A stretch of DNA of 32,000 nt from Halorhodospira halophila SL1 (GTDB taxonomy: Bacteria > Pseudomonadota > Gammaproteobacteria > Nitrococcales > Halorhodospiraceae): the NCBI RefSeq assembly GCF_000015585.1, contig NC_008789.1:60001-92000 (forward strand), in the 5' to 3' direction. Position numbers and translations under genes: made by a program. Of the stretch, positions 28,759-32,000 are shown piece by piece. A model generated the notes under the pieces. That model was not told where the DNA came from. It saw nothing but the letters and a program-made list of their open reading frames with translations, and made no database searches. Within the stretch, counting starts at the first letter, position 1. Every line of letters begins with the position of its first letter.

Positions 28759-29415
28759 ATGGAACAACAGATCCCCAAACGCCGAGTGCTGGAACAGTTC
28801 GCCGTCATCGCCAAGGCGGTCGGACACGAGTACCGCCTGGAACTCCTGGAGCTGGTTGCCCAGCGCGAACGCAGCGTCGAGGCACTGACGCAGCTGACGC
28901 AGCTCCCGGTGGGCAGCGTCTCGCAGCACCTGCAGCAACTCCGGCGTGCGGGCTTGGTCACCGCGCGCAAAGAGGGTAAATACGTCTACTACTCCCTGGC
29001 CGACGAGCAAGTGCTGACCCTGATGTCGACCCTGCGCCGGGTCGCCGAGCGCAACATCTCCGAGGTCAACCAGCTGGTCGCGCAGTATTTGGCTGACGAC
29101 CAGGACCTCGACGCGGTCTCTTCGGCTGAGCTCCTGGAGCGCCTGCAGCGCGACGAGGTCACCCTGATCGACGTACGCCCTCCCGAGGAGTACGCCTCGG
29201 GGCATCTGCCGGGTGCGATCAATGTCCCCCTCGAAGAGCTCGAGGCCCATCTGCAGGAGTTGCCGACGGAACAACAGGTGGTCGCCTACTGCCGCGGGCC
29301 CTTCTGCGCCCTGGCCCGTGACGCCGTGCGCCGGCTACGCCGCCGGGGCGTCGACGCCACGCGCCTCAATCAGGGCTTCCCCGAGTGGAAGGCGGAAGGC
29401 CTGCCGGTCCAGTAG
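28759..29415 (+). CDS. ArsR/SmtB-family transcriptional regulator fused to a rhodanese domain
   Basis: The wHTH region is LLELVAQRERSVEALTQLTQLPVGSVSQHLQQLRRAGLV. The C-terminal rhodanese region has LIDVRPPEEYASGHLPGAINVP and the active-site loop YCRGPFC. The start is the ATG at 28759; the ORF-track start at 28711 is TTG. Confidence 0.8.
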   Translation: MEQQIPKRRVLEQFAVIAKAVGHEYRLELLELVAQRERSVEALTQLTQLPVGSVSQHLQQLRRAGLVTARKEGKYVYYSLADEQVLTLMSTLRRVAERNISEVNQLVAQYLADDQDLDAVSSAELLERLQRDEVTLIDVRPPEEYASGHLPGAINVPLEELEAHLQELPTEQQVVAYCRGPFCALARDAVRRLRRRGVDATRLNQGFPEWKAEGLPVQ

Positions 29416-29422
29416 CCGGCGG

Positions 29423-29859
29423 TCACCAGGTCAGCCACTTACGGCACTCGGTCTCAGCGTCGAGCGCGATGTCATCGGGGGCGACGTGCTCCGGTCGCCA
29501 CTCCCGTACCTGCCCCTGACACTCGAGGTGCAAAACCGGATACTGCGGCCGCGAGGTCTCGCCGTGGAGCGCCGGAAAAGCGAATGACGGCTTGTGATAG
29601 AAGCGACCCTCCACGTTGTAGACGCAACCACTGCCCGAGTCGGTAGCAGCGATCAGCTGCGCCCAGTGCTCGTTGTGCTCCACGATCGCGGCGAACCCCT
29701 CGGCATTCAGGACGTCGCGTGCCTGCCACAACCCGGGCAATACAGCGTTCCGGAAGCTCTGCTCCAGCGTCCGCTCCGCCTCGCGGAGCTGGGCGCTCGC
29801 CGCTTCAGCATCGGCCGCCTGCGGTTCACCGCTTTTCAGGAGTCGCCTCAACCAGCGTC

Positions 29860-29863
<4 letters not shown>
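29423..29863 (-). CDS. Hypothetical 146-aa soluble protein, translationally coupled to the BCCT transporter gene
   Basis: The ATG at 29861-29863 overlaps the BCCT TGA (ATGA). I recognise no family. The longer 205-aa ORF would overlap the transporter by 180 nt. Confidence 0.55.

Positions 29864-32000
<2,137 letters not shown>

Overview
Visibly GC-rich chromosomal window, roughly two-thirds G+C by eye. Gene content looks gammaproteobacterial, perhaps a halophilic or phototrophic sulfur-bacterium relative, but that is inference only. I call 28 protein-coding genes. I recognised no rRNA, tRNA, CRISPR, transposase, integrase, phage or defence genes. The core is a ferredoxin hub made of two divergent operons. 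On the minus strand (22313 down to about 11556) is rnfB, then a 1655-aa pyruvate:ferredoxin oxidoreductase (PFOR), then rnfC-rnfD-rnfG-rnfE-rnfA, then a 69-aa Cys-rich membrane peptide and possibly a 47-aa membrane peptide. On the plus strand (22544-26470) is iorA-iorB-paaK-ACT, encoding indolepyruvate:ferredoxin oxidoreductase, an arylacetate-CoA ligase and an ACT-domain protein. The left flank carries the 3' part of a GlcF/YdiJ-like Fe-S oxidoreductase, a DUF3392-like membrane protein, NnrU and an RsmF-like rRNA methyltransferase. It also carries a PAS-GGDEF-EAL protein, an EAL-only protein, an 866-aa protein joining a P-loop-less KaiC/RecA-like domain to a PEP/pyruvate-binding ATP-grasp domain, and gdhA. 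The right flank carries moaA, dsbB, an AhpD/CMD-like CxxC protein and an ArsR-rhodanese regulator. It ends with a glpK(partial)-BCCT transporter-146-aa unknown operon. The most unusual items are the PFOR embedded in the rnf operon, the PFOR's own architecture (fused C-terminal ferredoxin and two large insertions), the Cys-rich peptide coupled to rnfA, the KaiC-like/PPDK_N protein, and an orphan intrinsic-terminator-like structure between rnfB and iorA. Novelty cannot be established without database searches. I see no clear evidence of a defence or mobile system. CDS coordinates follow the supplied ORF track, with start codons re-evaluated by hand. The track renders GTG/TTG starts as M.
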